Part shown: positions 35,001 through 43,606 of the stretch, in pieces
How positions within the stretch are numbered: the first letter of the stretch is position 1
Layout: each line of letters opens with the position of its first letter
Origin: an uncultured Actinomycetota bacterium
GTDB lineage: Bacteria; Actinomycetota; Actinomycetes; UBA12327
Reading direction: 5' to 3'
Assembly: GCA_963850215.1 (NCBI GenBank)
Contig: CAWKKI010000011.1
Location: 219,776-283,775, forward strand
DNA: 64,000 bases
The notes under the pieces: generated by a model
Seen by the model: only the letters and a program-made list of their open reading frames with translations
Databases searched by the model: none
What the model was told of the DNA's origin: nothing
Made by a program: the position numbers and the translations under genes

Positions 35001-35111
35001 CGTCCAGACGCTGGCCGCGTGGGCCGCCGACGGGATCAACACCCCCGCTGCGACTACCAGGACCGCCGTTCCGGCAGTGACGAATCCATGACGACGTGTC
35101 TTTGCGCGCAC
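32034..35111 (-). CDS. Large secreted NHL-repeat beta-propeller / 3x fibronectin-III / Ig-like surface protein
   Basis: ORF 32034..35150 was trimmed to GTG 35111, with GGGAG 7 nt upstream and the signal VRAKTRRHGF...PSAAHA. It has more than 10 NHL-type repeats (HLYVSDSGGSVVELNATTG). Three FN3 units follow the pattern PGAPTGVxGVAGxGQVTVSWTAP..NGGS.I.GYTVTSTPG..TCTT. Confidence 0.85.
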   Translation of the reverse strand: MRAKTRRHGFVTAGTAVLVVAAGVLIPSAAHAASVWTSQNSVMSFDPNGIAANGSGGVYVAEGDNQSVVELDSTGAIMSTFDASAHTFSYPFGIAVGGGNVYVADGGDNSVVELNGSTGAPITAFSTSADSLTGATAVTADGSGHVYLAESGTAVVELDATTGALTGTFAPTGLTGVTGVAADASNHLYVSESGGTVVELNATTGAAIAAFSTSAAGLVSPTGVAVDGTGHVYVTDGSNQTAPVVELNGTSGAVVATFNTSSDGFGYPLAVSVDASGNVFASDPGYGRVVKMGSTGALVTAFDTSVNGPSAPTAVAIDASGNQYVVEAGSRIEELDSTGAAITAFDATAAGLSSPTGLAVDTANHLYVSESGGNVVELNATTGAAIAGFSTTGLVTPTGVAVDAANHLYVSDSGGSVVELNATTGAAIAGFSTTGLVTPTGVAVDGANHLYVSDSGNARVVELNATTGAAIAGFSTTGDGLVTPTGVAVGDGHVYVTDSGGVRVLEVNPSTGALINGLAAVAMGIGYKDVYGVAIDALGNAYVVAQYRGVWLFTPPAVVPGAPTGVAGVAGDGQVTVSWTAPVANGGSAISGYTVTSTPGSKTCTTTGALTCTVTGLTNGTAYTFKATATNTTGTSAASSASAAVTPLAVPGAPTGVTGVAGPGQVTVSWTAPASNGGSTITGYTVTSTPGSNTCTTTGALTCTVTGLTNGTGYTFTVIATNAQGPSLASTASAAVTPEAVPGAPTGVTGVAGNGQVTVSWTAPASNGGSTITGYTVTSTPGAKTCTTTGALTCTVTGLTNGTGYTFTATATNTTGTSLASTPSAAVTPSAATALHIAESSSLVTYGGKVTVSGSLHSGTFAVVGVPITLQYRPSGATSWSNLATLTTTTSGVTFANVPTQSRQFRLIYAGSATWSASTSAVVSVTVAAKATFAVSPAKIKHGASVTFSGAVYPNSGYRVELEYYYAGYWRYQAWIPTVSYSTSTRTYHYTLKMASASSYLWRVVVPAYNGYGTAATPSLRVTVS
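32630..33450 (-). repeat. Three tandem FN3-coding units (about 270 nt each) with long stretches of DNA identity
   Basis: The repeated protein blocks are GALTCTVTGLTNGT.YTF and GQVTVSWTAP. Repeated shadow ORFs on the opposite strand (32704.., 33250..) mirror them. Confidence 0.7.
33638..34028 (-). repeat. Three tandem 126-bp (42-aa NHL blade) repeats, with copies 2 and 3 nearly identical
   Basis: GTCGACGGCCACGCCGGTGGGAGTGACGAGTCCGGTGGTGGAGAAGCCAGCGATCGCTGCCCCGGTGGTTGCGTTCAGTTCAACGAC starts at both 33777 and 33903. The period is 126 nt. Confidence 0.85.
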
Positions 35112-35650
35112 AGGGTTGCTCCCATCAAGGCCAAGGTGGCAGAGGAGCAAACTACGTCAACCCAGTCCTGGGAACGGCATTCGGGGCAAAAGGCAGTCGT
35201 TTGGGCGACTCTTCGGTCCATTCGGATGACTGCTAATCCCCGAGCCGCAGAACAAGTGGGTTGTGAGTGACGGGTGAGTTTCGTGTGACTTCGTGAGATC
35301 CGCTGCCCGTTCGCGGGCCGTCTTGGTGTGTTAGTCGTGGTGCCAACTGGCGTGCTGCGCTGCGGCACTGGTAGTCGCATGTGACCCAAAGGGTTCAGCC
35401 CGAATGTGAAGAAGCGGGATCAAGCAAATACAAGGAAGTTCGGGAACGGCGCAGGCCGGAATGGGCGGTTGACGATCTTGGCGAATCCTCGAGGTCTCGT
35501 CCTCTACGACACCTTCACGCAGCACAACCGGCTCGTCGCTGAAGCTGTCGCAGGATTGAGTTCGCTCGGCGGGAGTCCGGGTATCGGAACCCTTCACTGC
35601 TGATTTCCGTCTCACTGTTGGCGATCGATTTGTTGGGACTGGGTGCGGTC

Positions 35651-36214
35651 ATGTCACAAGCTTCGCGACGGAGGGTGTGCTCACGGTTTGGTCACAGGAG
35701 TTCTCGGCCAGTGAAATCAACGCGCTGGCGGCATGCAGCTGTGGTTGTGGGCCTCTTGGTATCAGTGGCACTTGCTGGTTGCGGGGCAAGCACTGAGGGA
35801 TCAGGAGCAAGCGTTCGACCCTCGCCGAGCGTCACCGCTGGGAAGCTGGTCGGGGTGGAAGTCTCGGCAGTGGTCTGCGGCACCCAGTACCTCAATCCCG
35901 TCGGCGCTAGCCGCGTGACCGGAACGGTGGACAGTTTCGTGGTGTGCGGCATGAGCATCCCGGGACGCTCCAGTTCGACCATGACCGTTCCACGCACATC
36001 GCCTGCGTTCATCCAGTTGATGCATGCCTTGCTCGCCCCCATCCCAGCGTCGCCTGCCGCCGTTTCGGGGAGCCCGGTGGTCTGCCCGCTCTATGCAGAC
36101 GTCCCACGCGAAGTGCTGGCGAAGACAGCCACTGGTATCTGGAACTTGGTGCTACCCACCGACGAATGTCACCACTACACGCACGATCTAGTCGGCATCC
36201 TCGACTCGATCTAA
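35651..36214 (+). CDS. Hypothetical lipoprotein
   Basis: ATG 35651 lies within ORF 35618..36214. The lipobox is VALAGC. No family was recognised. Confidence 0.5.
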   Translation: MSQASRRRVCSRFGHRSSRPVKSTRWRHAAVVVGLLVSVALAGCGASTEGSGASVRPSPSVTAGKLVGVEVSAVVCGTQYLNPVGASRVTGTVDSFVVCGMSIPGRSSSTMTVPRTSPAFIQLMHALLAPIPASPAAVSGSPVVCPLYADVPREVLAKTATGIWNLVLPTDECHHYTHDLVGILDSI

Positions 36215-36848
36215 GGAAGCGGTCGCGCGTGATTCGGGCATCCAGCACCAACATGGCGTGGTACTTGTGGTGCAGAGACACCTCCCAAGTCAACGCCTGC
36301 GCAGTCGTTTGCCTTCAAAGTCAGCGCGGACTGTCTTGGTCGAAGGTCATCCGCACTCCGCCTGCAGGCAGCTGCGTGAACCGAATCCCGTACTTGGCGT
36401 ACCGAGCACCGCTACGTCGTGGTTCGTGCTTTCCGCTGAGCAGCTGTTCCCCAAGCAGAACCACAGGTGTCAATCCGTTGAGATAGGTAGGTGGAACCTG
36501 AGCGAGCAACTCGGCGACGTCATCGGCCGCGCATGGCCGCAGGAGGCCCGTTGCATTGGGTCGCTCTGCGATGGCCACAGTGCCACCATCCGGGCGTTTT
36601 AACGGTGTGAAGGGCCCTCAGCTGGGGCGGAAGAGCTTTGACCTCGGACCAGTTTGGGTCATGGGCGGACCAGTTCGTGAACTTCCGAACGCGAGTACAT
36701 GTTGGACCTGGGCCCACCACGATTGCCGGAGCGGTTCACTTCGGTTCCGCCACTTCGTTAGGCGCTCGCGTTGCTACTGCCACCGCTCCTGCCGCCGGAC
36801 GTCCAAGAGCACCGGAGAGAAAATCGGTGTGTGCCCAGTTGAGACGGG

Positions 36849-36921
36849 TGCGCCGCCAGGGACTCGAACCCCGAACCCGCGGATTAAGAGTCCGCTGCTC
36901 TGCCAGTTGAGCTAGCGGCGC
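36849..36921 (-). tRNA. tRNA-Lys (anticodon CUU)
   Basis: The reverse complement is GCGCCGCTAGCTCAACTGGCAGAGCAGCGGACTCTTAATCCGCGGGTTCGGGGTTCGAGTCCCTGGCGGCGCA. It folds as a cloverleaf with loop CU-CUU-AA. Confidence 0.95.
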
Positions 36922-36944
36922 GTGGTGGTGCGCGGGCGATGTTA

Positions 36945-37310
36945 TCAGTCGTCAGCGCCCGCCCAGGCGATGGCGGCCTCGCGCTCATCGGTTCCGAAGG
37001 CCCGCGCCTGACCCGGGATCGCCCAGCCAAAGAGGTGCAGCCCGTCGCGCATCCACGCCTGGTCGGAGACCAGGGCGACCCGCTCCCACTTGCTCCATTC
37101 CTGCACACCCATGGACAGGTCCTGCCAGAACGCGCCGCCATCCATGCCCTCGAACTTTGCGGCAAAGGCGATGACCACCCGCAGTTTTCCGTGCTCGTTG
37201 ATCGTCTTTTCTACCGCCGGGCGCAACACCTCCTGGTAGTCGGACTTCGACAATTTTCCTGACCCCTCGACGATCAGTACCCCGTTCGCCTCTTGCTCGA
37301 CCTTCATCAT
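36945..37310 (-). CDS. STAS/SpoIIAA-like (DUF3478-type) protein
   Basis: ORF 36945..37580 was trimmed to ATG 37310. The translation is MMKVEQEANGVLIVEGSGKLSKSDYQEVLRPAVEK...RVALVSDQAWMRDG. Confidence 0.65.
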   Translation of the reverse strand: MMKVEQEANGVLIVEGSGKLSKSDYQEVLRPAVEKTINEHGKLRVVIAFAAKFEGMDGGAFWQDLSMGVQEWSKWERVALVSDQAWMRDGLHLFGWAIPGQARAFGTDEREAAIAWAGADD

Positions 37311-37341
37311 GGCGGTTGCTCCCTCTCGACTCTCGATTAAG

Positions 37342-39378
37342 TCAGTCGTGCTTGCGCGCCTGTTCGTCCAGCGCCGCGAGATAAGCGTTGTACGCCTCGA
37401 CCTCGTCGTCCACCCGTCCCGATGCCTCCGCTCGGGCGACTCGTCGGTCGAAGCGCTTCGACTCTCGTTCGTCGGCCCGCATCCACTGCCACACGAGCGC
37501 GCCCACGACCAAGATGATCGGCAGTTCACCCATGCCCCACGAGATGCCGCCGCCGGTGTGCTGGTCGGCGAGCAGATCAACGAGATAGGGCCGGTTCAGG
37601 CTCGCGAAATAGCTCGACGCGAGCACCGTGGTCGATTGCATGATCGCCAGGCTGAAGAAGGCGTGCAGCGCGATCACGCCAATCAGGATGGCTAGGCGCG
37701 CCAAATAGGGAGGGCGTCGTGGGCCGGGGTCAACCCCGATGAGCGTCCAGAAGAAGAAGCAGCCGATCACAACGAAGCCCACCTCCATATAGAGGTGGCC
37801 CCAGTGGCTGCCCATCAGGTGCGGAAATAGTCCGCTGAAATAGAGCCCGTAGATACCGCCGACGAACACCGCCGCGGCCACTAGCGGGTTTGCAAGTATG
37901 GCGACCGGTCGACTGTGAACGAAGGCCAGCAGCCACTCGCGGGGACCCCGCTCGCCGTCGTGGCGAGTCGGAATCGTGCGCAACGCCAATGTGACCGGCG
38001 CACCGAGCACGAGGCAGATCGGCACGAGCATGTTCAGTGTCATGTGGTCGACCATGTGCGCGCTGAACAGCACGTGGGCATAAGTCGCAAGCCCCCCGCT
38101 CGTTGCATAAATCATGATGAGCAGGCCGATGTACCAGGCGACGGAGCGACCAACGGGCCATGCCGCCCCACGTCGATGCATGATCTGCAGGCCAATCCCG
38201 TAGAGCACCCCGAGCACGATCGCCGCGGCGAGGAAGAAGCCGTCGACATGCCACTGGGTCAGGAAATTCGCCAACGTTGGCGCTGGCGGAAGGTCGAAGC
38301 CGAGCAGATTGCGCACTGGCGAGAGATCGTCGATCGAGATCTGCACCGGGGTGGGGGAGCGGCTTAGCGCGACCGCGAGTGCGACCGTGCACGCCATCAC
38401 GGTGAGTTCGACCGCCGCGATTTGCATGAAGACCGTGAGTTCGCGCTTCTTCACGAGTGCGGGCACTGCGCGCTTGCGTTGCTGCCAGCCGAACCATCCA
38501 AGGATGACGAGCGCGGCAAACTTGCAGTCCACCAGCACCCCGTAGCGCGAAGTCCACAGCGCTGAGACTGACCCGATCCGGATCGCCGCGTTGATCACCC
38601 CGCTGATGCCCACGGCAACGAAGCACCACAGTGCAAGGCGACTGAACCGCGGCACGGCCACTGTCATCGCGCCTGCACGTGCCCGCGCGACGATCGCCAA
38701 TGCGAAGAGGCCACCAACCCAGAGGCTGACCGCGCCGACGTGAATCATCAGGCTCGAGGTCGCGAGGTCGTGGCTGCTCGACGCGGACGAGTGGCCGGTG
38801 AGCGTCGGGGGAAGCAGCGCGGCCAGGGCAAGAAGCAGAGCGAGCGCCGCTTCGCTCTGGGTCGTGACCAACCGCACCAACGCGGCGAGCAGGAAGGCCA
38901 GTGCGGCCTGCACGAGCAATGCCCGACCTTGCGGGATCTGCAGCACGTAACTTCGGATCTGCTCAGGCGTGAACGACTGAGACAAGGGTTCCCCGAGGAT
39001 GTCCGACAGTGTCAGTGCGATCTCGAACAGCGACGCGAAGCCCCAGACGACCGCGGTGGGAACGACCGCACGAATACATCGTTTGCCCGGGTCTGACAGT
39101 GAATCCCGATGCGGGGGCAAAAGGAACCCGGCCGCGAGCAAGAGCCCGACGCATGCGATGCCTGTGCCATCGGCAATCACGCGCGTGATCGGCAACGCCC
39201 ACTCGGTGAACAGCCCCGCGTACGGCAGTCCTGGCGCGACCGGCGATGGGTTGCCGCCGCCAATCAGCATCGCGACCACGAACGTCAGGAACACCGCAAG
39301 CGCAGTGACGATGATCCATCGCCGCAGTGCACTTCGTTGACTCTCCGTCATCCGCGGGGCTGCGACCGATGTACTCAC
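37342..39378 (-). CDS. Fused CopD copper-resistance / CtaG-like cytochrome c oxidase assembly membrane protein
   Basis: 678 aa polytopic protein. The N half is CopD-like and the C half is caa3-CtaG-like. It overlaps copC by 4 nt. Confidence 0.85.
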   Translation of the reverse strand: MSTSVAAPRMTESQRSALRRWIIVTALAVFLTFVVAMLIGGGNPSPVAPGLPYAGLFTEWALPITRVIADGTGIACVGLLLAAGFLLPPHRDSLSDPGKRCIRAVVPTAVVWGFASLFEIALTLSDILGEPLSQSFTPEQIRSYVLQIPQGRALLVQAALAFLLAALVRLVTTQSEAALALLLALAALLPPTLTGHSSASSSHDLATSSLMIHVGAVSLWVGGLFALAIVARARAGAMTVAVPRFSRLALWCFVAVGISGVINAAIRIGSVSALWTSRYGVLVDCKFAALVILGWFGWQQRKRAVPALVKKRELTVFMQIAAVELTVMACTVALAVALSRSPTPVQISIDDLSPVRNLLGFDLPPAPTLANFLTQWHVDGFFLAAAIVLGVLYGIGLQIMHRRGAAWPVGRSVAWYIGLLIMIYATSGGLATYAHVLFSAHMVDHMTLNMLVPICLVLGAPVTLALRTIPTRHDGERGPREWLLAFVHSRPVAILANPLVAAAVFVGGIYGLYFSGLFPHLMGSHWGHLYMEVGFVVIGCFFFWTLIGVDPGPRRPPYLARLAILIGVIALHAFFSLAIMQSTTVLASSYFASLNRPYLVDLLADQHTGGGISWGMGELPIILVVGALVWQWMRADERESKRFDRRVARAEASGRVDDEVEAYNAYLAALDEQARKHD

Positions 39379-39932
39379 GCGTCACCGCCACGTCGCCGAG
39401 TGCGCATGCCCAATCCGATCCAGCTCAGCAAGGCGAGACCGACGATGACCACACCCGCAACGATCCATCCGCCACTGTGCGATGTGGTCGTCGCCCCTCC
39501 CGCAGACGCCTGCCCCACGGCCGTACTCATCGGCACGGGGGTCGCGCCTGGCGGCAGATAGGTGAAGTGCAGCACTCGACTCACCGGGTGCCCATCTGCG
39601 GAGACGATTCGGTATTCGACTGTGTACTCGCCGGCCACGGTGAGCGGCGAGAGTGCTTGGGTGGCCGTGTTATTGAGAATGACCGGTCCACCGGTATCGA
39701 CTCGGGACGCGTTCGGAGTCTCGACGATCACCTTGTCGCCGACGTTTTGAATGTTCTCGTTGAAGTAGAGAACGACTTGTGTCGGTGCACTAGCCACGGT
39801 CGAACCGTCAGCGGGCGTCATCTTGATGAGTTGACTGTGCGCGGAGGCGGGCCCGGCAACGGCGACTACAAGAGTCGCCGCGCCGAGCATGCAAGCCGCT
39901 AGCGCAACGAGTGCTCTCCTAGTTCGAATCAT
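39375..39932 (-). CDS. CopC-domain copper-binding protein with a C-terminal TM anchor
   Basis: The signal peptide is followed by the AHSQLIKMTPADGSTV N-terminus (His1 motif). Confidence 0.85.
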   Translation of the reverse strand: MIRTRRALVALAACMLGAATLVVAVAGPASAHSQLIKMTPADGSTVASAPTQVVLYFNENIQNVGDKVIVETPNASRVDTGGPVILNNTATQALSPLTVAGEYTVEYRIVSADGHPVSRVLHFTYLPPGATPVPMSTAVGQASAGGATTTSHSGGWIVAGVVIVGLALLSWIGLGMRTRRRGGDA

Positions 39933-40642
39933 GAGATCGGCGTTTGTGGTCGTCTGATCAGCGACACCGCCAGCGCGAGTGCTGCTAGCACCAGCGCGAT
40001 GATGGCGAGCACGATCGCCCAGGGGGACGTCGAGCCGTTGGTCGAAGGGCCACTCGTCGTCGCGCTAGTCAGATGTAGGACCGGAGTCGGGTTCTCGGGC
40101 TCGTCACCGGAGGCTGGATAGGGCTCGTCCCACTTGACGACCTGGCCGTCGCTATAAGTCTGAGTTGCAGTGAACACGACCGTGTCGGACTTGGGGAGGT
40201 TCCCCACAACGACCGTGAAGAAGTCAACCAAGTCCGGCGCAATGCCATCGGCCTTTGTATTTGCCGTCCAGGTGACTGATGAAATCGCCTTGTTCACCGT
40301 GAAGTCATCCGCGGTGATCGTGTGCGTGAGCTGCTGAGTCGTGGTCGTAATCGTCCACCCCGGCTTTACTGCTGGTTGCACGGCCGCGAATGGGGTTGTC
40401 ATCGGCATTGCGATAGCGAGCTTGGTGGTCGCTGCACCAGTAGTTGATTCGTTGGGCACCCGGAAGACCAGGGTGCCAAATCCGCCTTGCACCGCATCGG
40501 TGGAGTTGACCACCACGTGAGCCGAGACAGCGGTTGCCCCGAACACAATTGCTGCGATCGCAAGTAGTGATGAAACCGCCAGTCGCCGGCAAAAGCGCGC
40601 GTGCATGAGGCCTCGTAATCGTTCGGTGACGGATGGGCGCAA
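39929..40642 (-). CDS. YcnI-family (DUF1775) copper-binding protein
   Basis: The signal peptide is followed by HVVVNSTDAVQGGFGTLVFRVPNES. It has a C-terminal TM anchor. Confidence 0.8.
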   Translation of the reverse strand: MRPSVTERLRGLMHARFCRRLAVSSLLAIAAIVFGATAVSAHVVVNSTDAVQGGFGTLVFRVPNESTTGAATTKLAIAMPMTTPFAAVQPAVKPGWTITTTTQQLTHTITADDFTVNKAISSVTWTANTKADGIAPDLVDFFTVVVGNLPKSDTVVFTATQTYSDGQVVKWDEPYPASGDEPENPTPVLHLTSATTSGPSTNGSTSPWAIVLAIIALVLAALALAVSLIRRPQTPIS

Positions 40643-40696
40643 ATTCGAAGATCACGCCCACCAGGACGTCAACGAACGACGAACCTACGGTCGCGA

Positions 40697-41218
40697 TCAG
40701 GCGAAGGTGAGAGCAACCGGAGGCCCACGTCTGACCAGTGTGTGCGCGTTTATGCGGTCCTCACCAACGCCGATCCACTCGATGCTGACAAACGCGCGCC
40801 GAAGCTCAGCGGCCACGGGATAGAAGACTTGCGGGCTAACCGCTGTGAGCACTCGCCACAGGCGCTCGCACGCGGCATCACCGCGCTGAAGCACCCAAGC
40901 GGCCACCAAGGCAGCAATGGCGTGAGTGAGGACCATTCGCGCGGACAGCGATGGATTGGCCGAGGTCGAGCCAATCCACGTCACCGCGTGGAAGCCCACC
41001 TGACCGGCCAGCAGCATGAGGAAGACCCGACGCGTCGTCCACTTGCCCCGCGCGAGCACGAACGCCAGCCCGAAGACCAGCAGGATCGGTGCCACGAGGT
41101 CGCTGCACCCACTTGTTGGTCCACCAACAGTGTGACCGAGCGCGGTAATCGCTGCCGTGGCCCCCGCCAAAGCGGCGGCTCGCCAGAGCCGAGTGTCAGC
41201 GACCGGGGCGCGACTCAC
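40697..41218 (-). CDS. Hypothetical membrane protein
   Basis: 173 aa with about 4 hydrophobic helices. No family was recognised. Confidence 0.5.
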   Translation of the reverse strand: MSRAPVADTRLWRAAALAGATAAITALGHTVGGPTSGCSDLVAPILLVFGLAFVLARGKWTTRRVFLMLLAGQVGFHAVTWIGSTSANPSLSARMVLTHAIAALVAAWVLQRGDAACERLWRVLTAVSPQVFYPVAAELRRAFVSIEWIGVGEDRINAHTLVRRGPPVALTFA

Positions 41219-41271
41219 GCGCTAACCGTACGCGCCGCCGCAACGGGTCCGCTCGGTGGCAGGCTCGGACC

Positions 41272-42033
41272 GTGGCGGAGAACCGATCGGTGCTGTCGCG
41301 AAAGGCGCGCCACCCTGATCGCTCGTGGGCGTATGGCCACCTTGCCGACAACGCGGTCGACCTATGGCTGCCCACTGCCGCGATCGATGTCGAACACCAA
41401 TACCCGCTCGTCGTGATGATTCACGGGGGATTCTGGCGACCGGAGTACGACCGATCGCATGTCGCGCCGATGTGTGATGCCTTCGCCCAACTTGGCTACG
41501 CGGCCGCCGCGATCGAGTACAGCCGCACCCCGGGATCGCCGGACGTGACAGTTAACGATGTCGCCGCGGCACTTCGTTGGATCGATGTCTGCGACGAGTT
41601 CGCGGGCATTCGTGCGGCGGGCGGAGTCGTGGTCGGCCACTCGGCAGGCGGTCATCTTGCGCTGTGGGCGGCGTCGACCATTGACGTGGGTTGGCGGCGC
41701 GCGACCATAGCGCTCGCGCCGCTGGCCGACTTGGTCGCGGCCGAGGAGGAGCGTCTAGATGGAGACGGCGTCGTCGCCTTCCTTGGCGCGTCTGCGAGCG
41801 AACGTCCAGACCTCGATCCGCTCCAATTGCCGCACCCCAGTCAGCCTGTGCATCTCATCCATGGCACGAACGACGAGATCGTGCCCATCGCGCAGTCCGA
41901 GGCCTATGCCGCGCCGCGTTCGTCGGCTTTGCTGCACGCATTAGTGGACGTGGGGCACTTTGATCTCATCGATCCGCTCAGCGACGCGTGGCGCACCGTT
42001 GCCGCCGTGGTGACTTCGGCGCTGAGCACCTGA
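41272..42033 (+). CDS. Alpha/beta hydrolase (esterase/formamidase-like)
   Basis: It has the oxyanion motif HGGFW, the nucleophile elbow GHSAGGHLA, and a C-terminal H in VDVGHFDLI. Confidence 0.75.
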   Translation: MAENRSVLSRKARHPDRSWAYGHLADNAVDLWLPTAAIDVEHQYPLVVMIHGGFWRPEYDRSHVAPMCDAFAQLGYAAAAIEYSRTPGSPDVTVNDVAAALRWIDVCDEFAGIRAAGGVVVGHSAGGHLALWAASTIDVGWRRATIALAPLADLVAAEEERLDGDGVVAFLGASASERPDLDPLQLPHPSQPVHLIHGTNDEIVPIAQSEAYAAPRSSALLHALVDVGHFDLIDPLSDAWRTVAAVVTSALST

Positions 42034-42526
42034 CTGGACATACTTCGAAGTGACACAACGAATCAGGAGAGATGGATGTCGGAGGGCGGCCCTCAGCGTG
42101 CTGGGCGTGCTCCTTGCTCGGCTTGCTCGGCGGTACCGTCCGCGTGCTCCCGAGGCCGTTGGCTACGCCGCTGCTGCGGCGGCGGCTGGGCATACCGTCC
42201 CGCCCTCGCCCACACGCGTGGGGGTCGCACGGAGCGCCTGAAGGTCGCCTGGGCTGCCAGTTCCGCAGCGAGATCGTGGTTGCCGCTCTCAATCGCAGAG
42301 TTGACCTGGGCGATGTACCAGAGTTCTCTCGTCTCCATGCCATGAGTGTCGGCAACCAACGTTTCAGTTCCGTTGCTTCGCCATGACAGTCGCGATAAAT
42401 GACGACGAATCCCGGGCGACGGTCGCGCTCGGTCCGTCCCGCCCAACCCAGGTTCCAGGCTTATCGCGCGGAAGCAGCCCTGCATGGACGAGGTTCTCGA
42501 AGCGGTGATTAACGGTGGGGTTCTGG

Positions 42527-43606
42527 CTAACGCTCCGCGTTAGCGCGTTCGACGAATGCTGCGTCGACCTCGGTGACGCCCTCGGCCTTAGCCTTCTTGA
42601 CGATGCCCCTGAGTGCCTTCTTCAGGAACGGGCGAGGGACACCGGTCAGTACTGCGGCAGCGCTAGGCGTGAAGGTGACTGACGAGTCGAGGGCGTTCGC
42701 GTCGTCGAGGATTGACTGCTGCTTCTTCGACGTAAGTACGCTCGTTGATCGCGAGGGAGTATCGGTGTCGGCGGGCTGGCTCTGTCCCTTCGTCTCGAAC
42801 CGGGCCATCACTGCGCGATCCATCCCGAACTCGGCCATCAGCTCTTCCATGTGAGCAAGAGTCACGACGGTGGCTCCTTTGCCCTTCGCATAGGTCTCGA
42901 CCTGCTCGGTCACCATCGGCCGGACTGGCGGCGGGATCTGCATGAGGCCCTGCATGGCGTCTTCATCCCAGTCAAGTGTGGTCGCGATCCTGGCGGCGAG
43001 ATGACCCCGCGGGGTCTCCTTGAGCGTGTGGTGCACGACATCTGAGGTGCGCGCGAAGTAGTACTCCATGCGGTCCTGGTCGCCGAGGCCGATCGGCAGG
43101 TTCATCGCGGCGATCCGCTCCGAGCGGTCCATCTCCTCGAGGCCTTCGTCCATCGTGATGGCGACGATGTTCGCGAAGACGATGCCGCTGCTTTGGGGCA
43201 GTCGCACGATCTCGTCGACGGTGCACTCCATGACCTGGGGGCACTGCTCGAGGGTCGGCGGCTTCACCTTGAGTGAGGGGGTCGTGGTGAAGCGCGTGTG
43301 CTCAAGTTCGTTGACGCCCTCTGGATAGAAACGCGCGGACTCCATCACGTCCTCGAGGTAGTCCGACGACGGACAGTTGATGACGAACTCGCCCGTCGCC
43401 TCGATGTTCTTGAATGTGTGCGAGTCCTGCCGGAAACCGACCATGATTCGTGGCCGCTTGTGCATTACGTCGAACTGCATGATGTGGGAGTAGGGCGCGG
43501 CGTTGAGCCGCCCTTCGGCGTCAAGAGTGGTCACTACCGTCACGAGCTTCGGGAACAGCCAGGCGTCGGAGTACCAGAACGGCCTGATCGGGACTTCCTT
43601 CTTCAT
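42527..43606 (-). CDS. Flavin-reductase-like domain fused to two PCP_red-like (protochlorophyllide-reductase C-terminal type) modules
   Basis: 359 aa. The N-terminal ~200 aa are flavin-reductase-like (VTTLDAEGRLNAAPYS). Two later modules fit the W..eA...l..iP.fvR......E..A...G pattern: LDWDEDAMQGLMQIPPPVRPMVTEQVETYAKGKGATVVT and FTPSAAAVLTGVPRPFLKKALRGIVKKAKAEGVTEV. Confidence 0.8.
   Translation of the reverse strand: MKKEVPIRPFWYSDAWLFPKLVTVVTTLDAEGRLNAAPYSHIMQFDVMHKRPRIMVGFRQDSHTFKNIEATGEFVINCPSSDYLEDVMESARFYPEGVNELEHTRFTTTPSLKVKPPTLEQCPQVMECTVDEIVRLPQSSGIVFANIVAITMDEGLEEMDRSERIAAMNLPIGLGDQDRMEYYFARTSDVVHHTLKETPRGHLAARIATTLDWDEDAMQGLMQIPPPVRPMVTEQVETYAKGKGATVVTLAHMEELMAEFGMDRAVMARFETKGQSQPADTDTPSRSTSVLTSKKQQSILDDANALDSSVTFTPSAAAVLTGVPRPFLKKALRGIVKKAKAEGVTEVDAAFVERANAER

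Noticed and set aside
36321-36578. 85-aa minus-strand ORF (MAIAERPNATGLL...) and overlapping plus-strand ORFs between the lipoprotein gene and tRNA-Lys.
   Set aside because: There is no recognisable motif, only moderate third-position GC, and competing ORFs in other frames. The support is insufficient to call a gene, though it could be a remnant.
35112-36848. Genomic island integrated at tRNA-Lys.
   Set aside because: No integrase, excisionase, transposase or direct repeat of the tRNA 3' end could be found by eye. The idea is kept only as a weak note in the NHL/FN3 finding.
42093-42485. 130-aa minus ORF. An internal ATG 42338 would give an 81-aa protein (METRELWYIAQVNSAIESGNHDLAAELAAQ...).
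   Set aside because: Only the first ~35 residues look protein-like. The rest is Arg/Pro/Gln-rich as in out-of-frame high-GC DNA, and no family was recognised.
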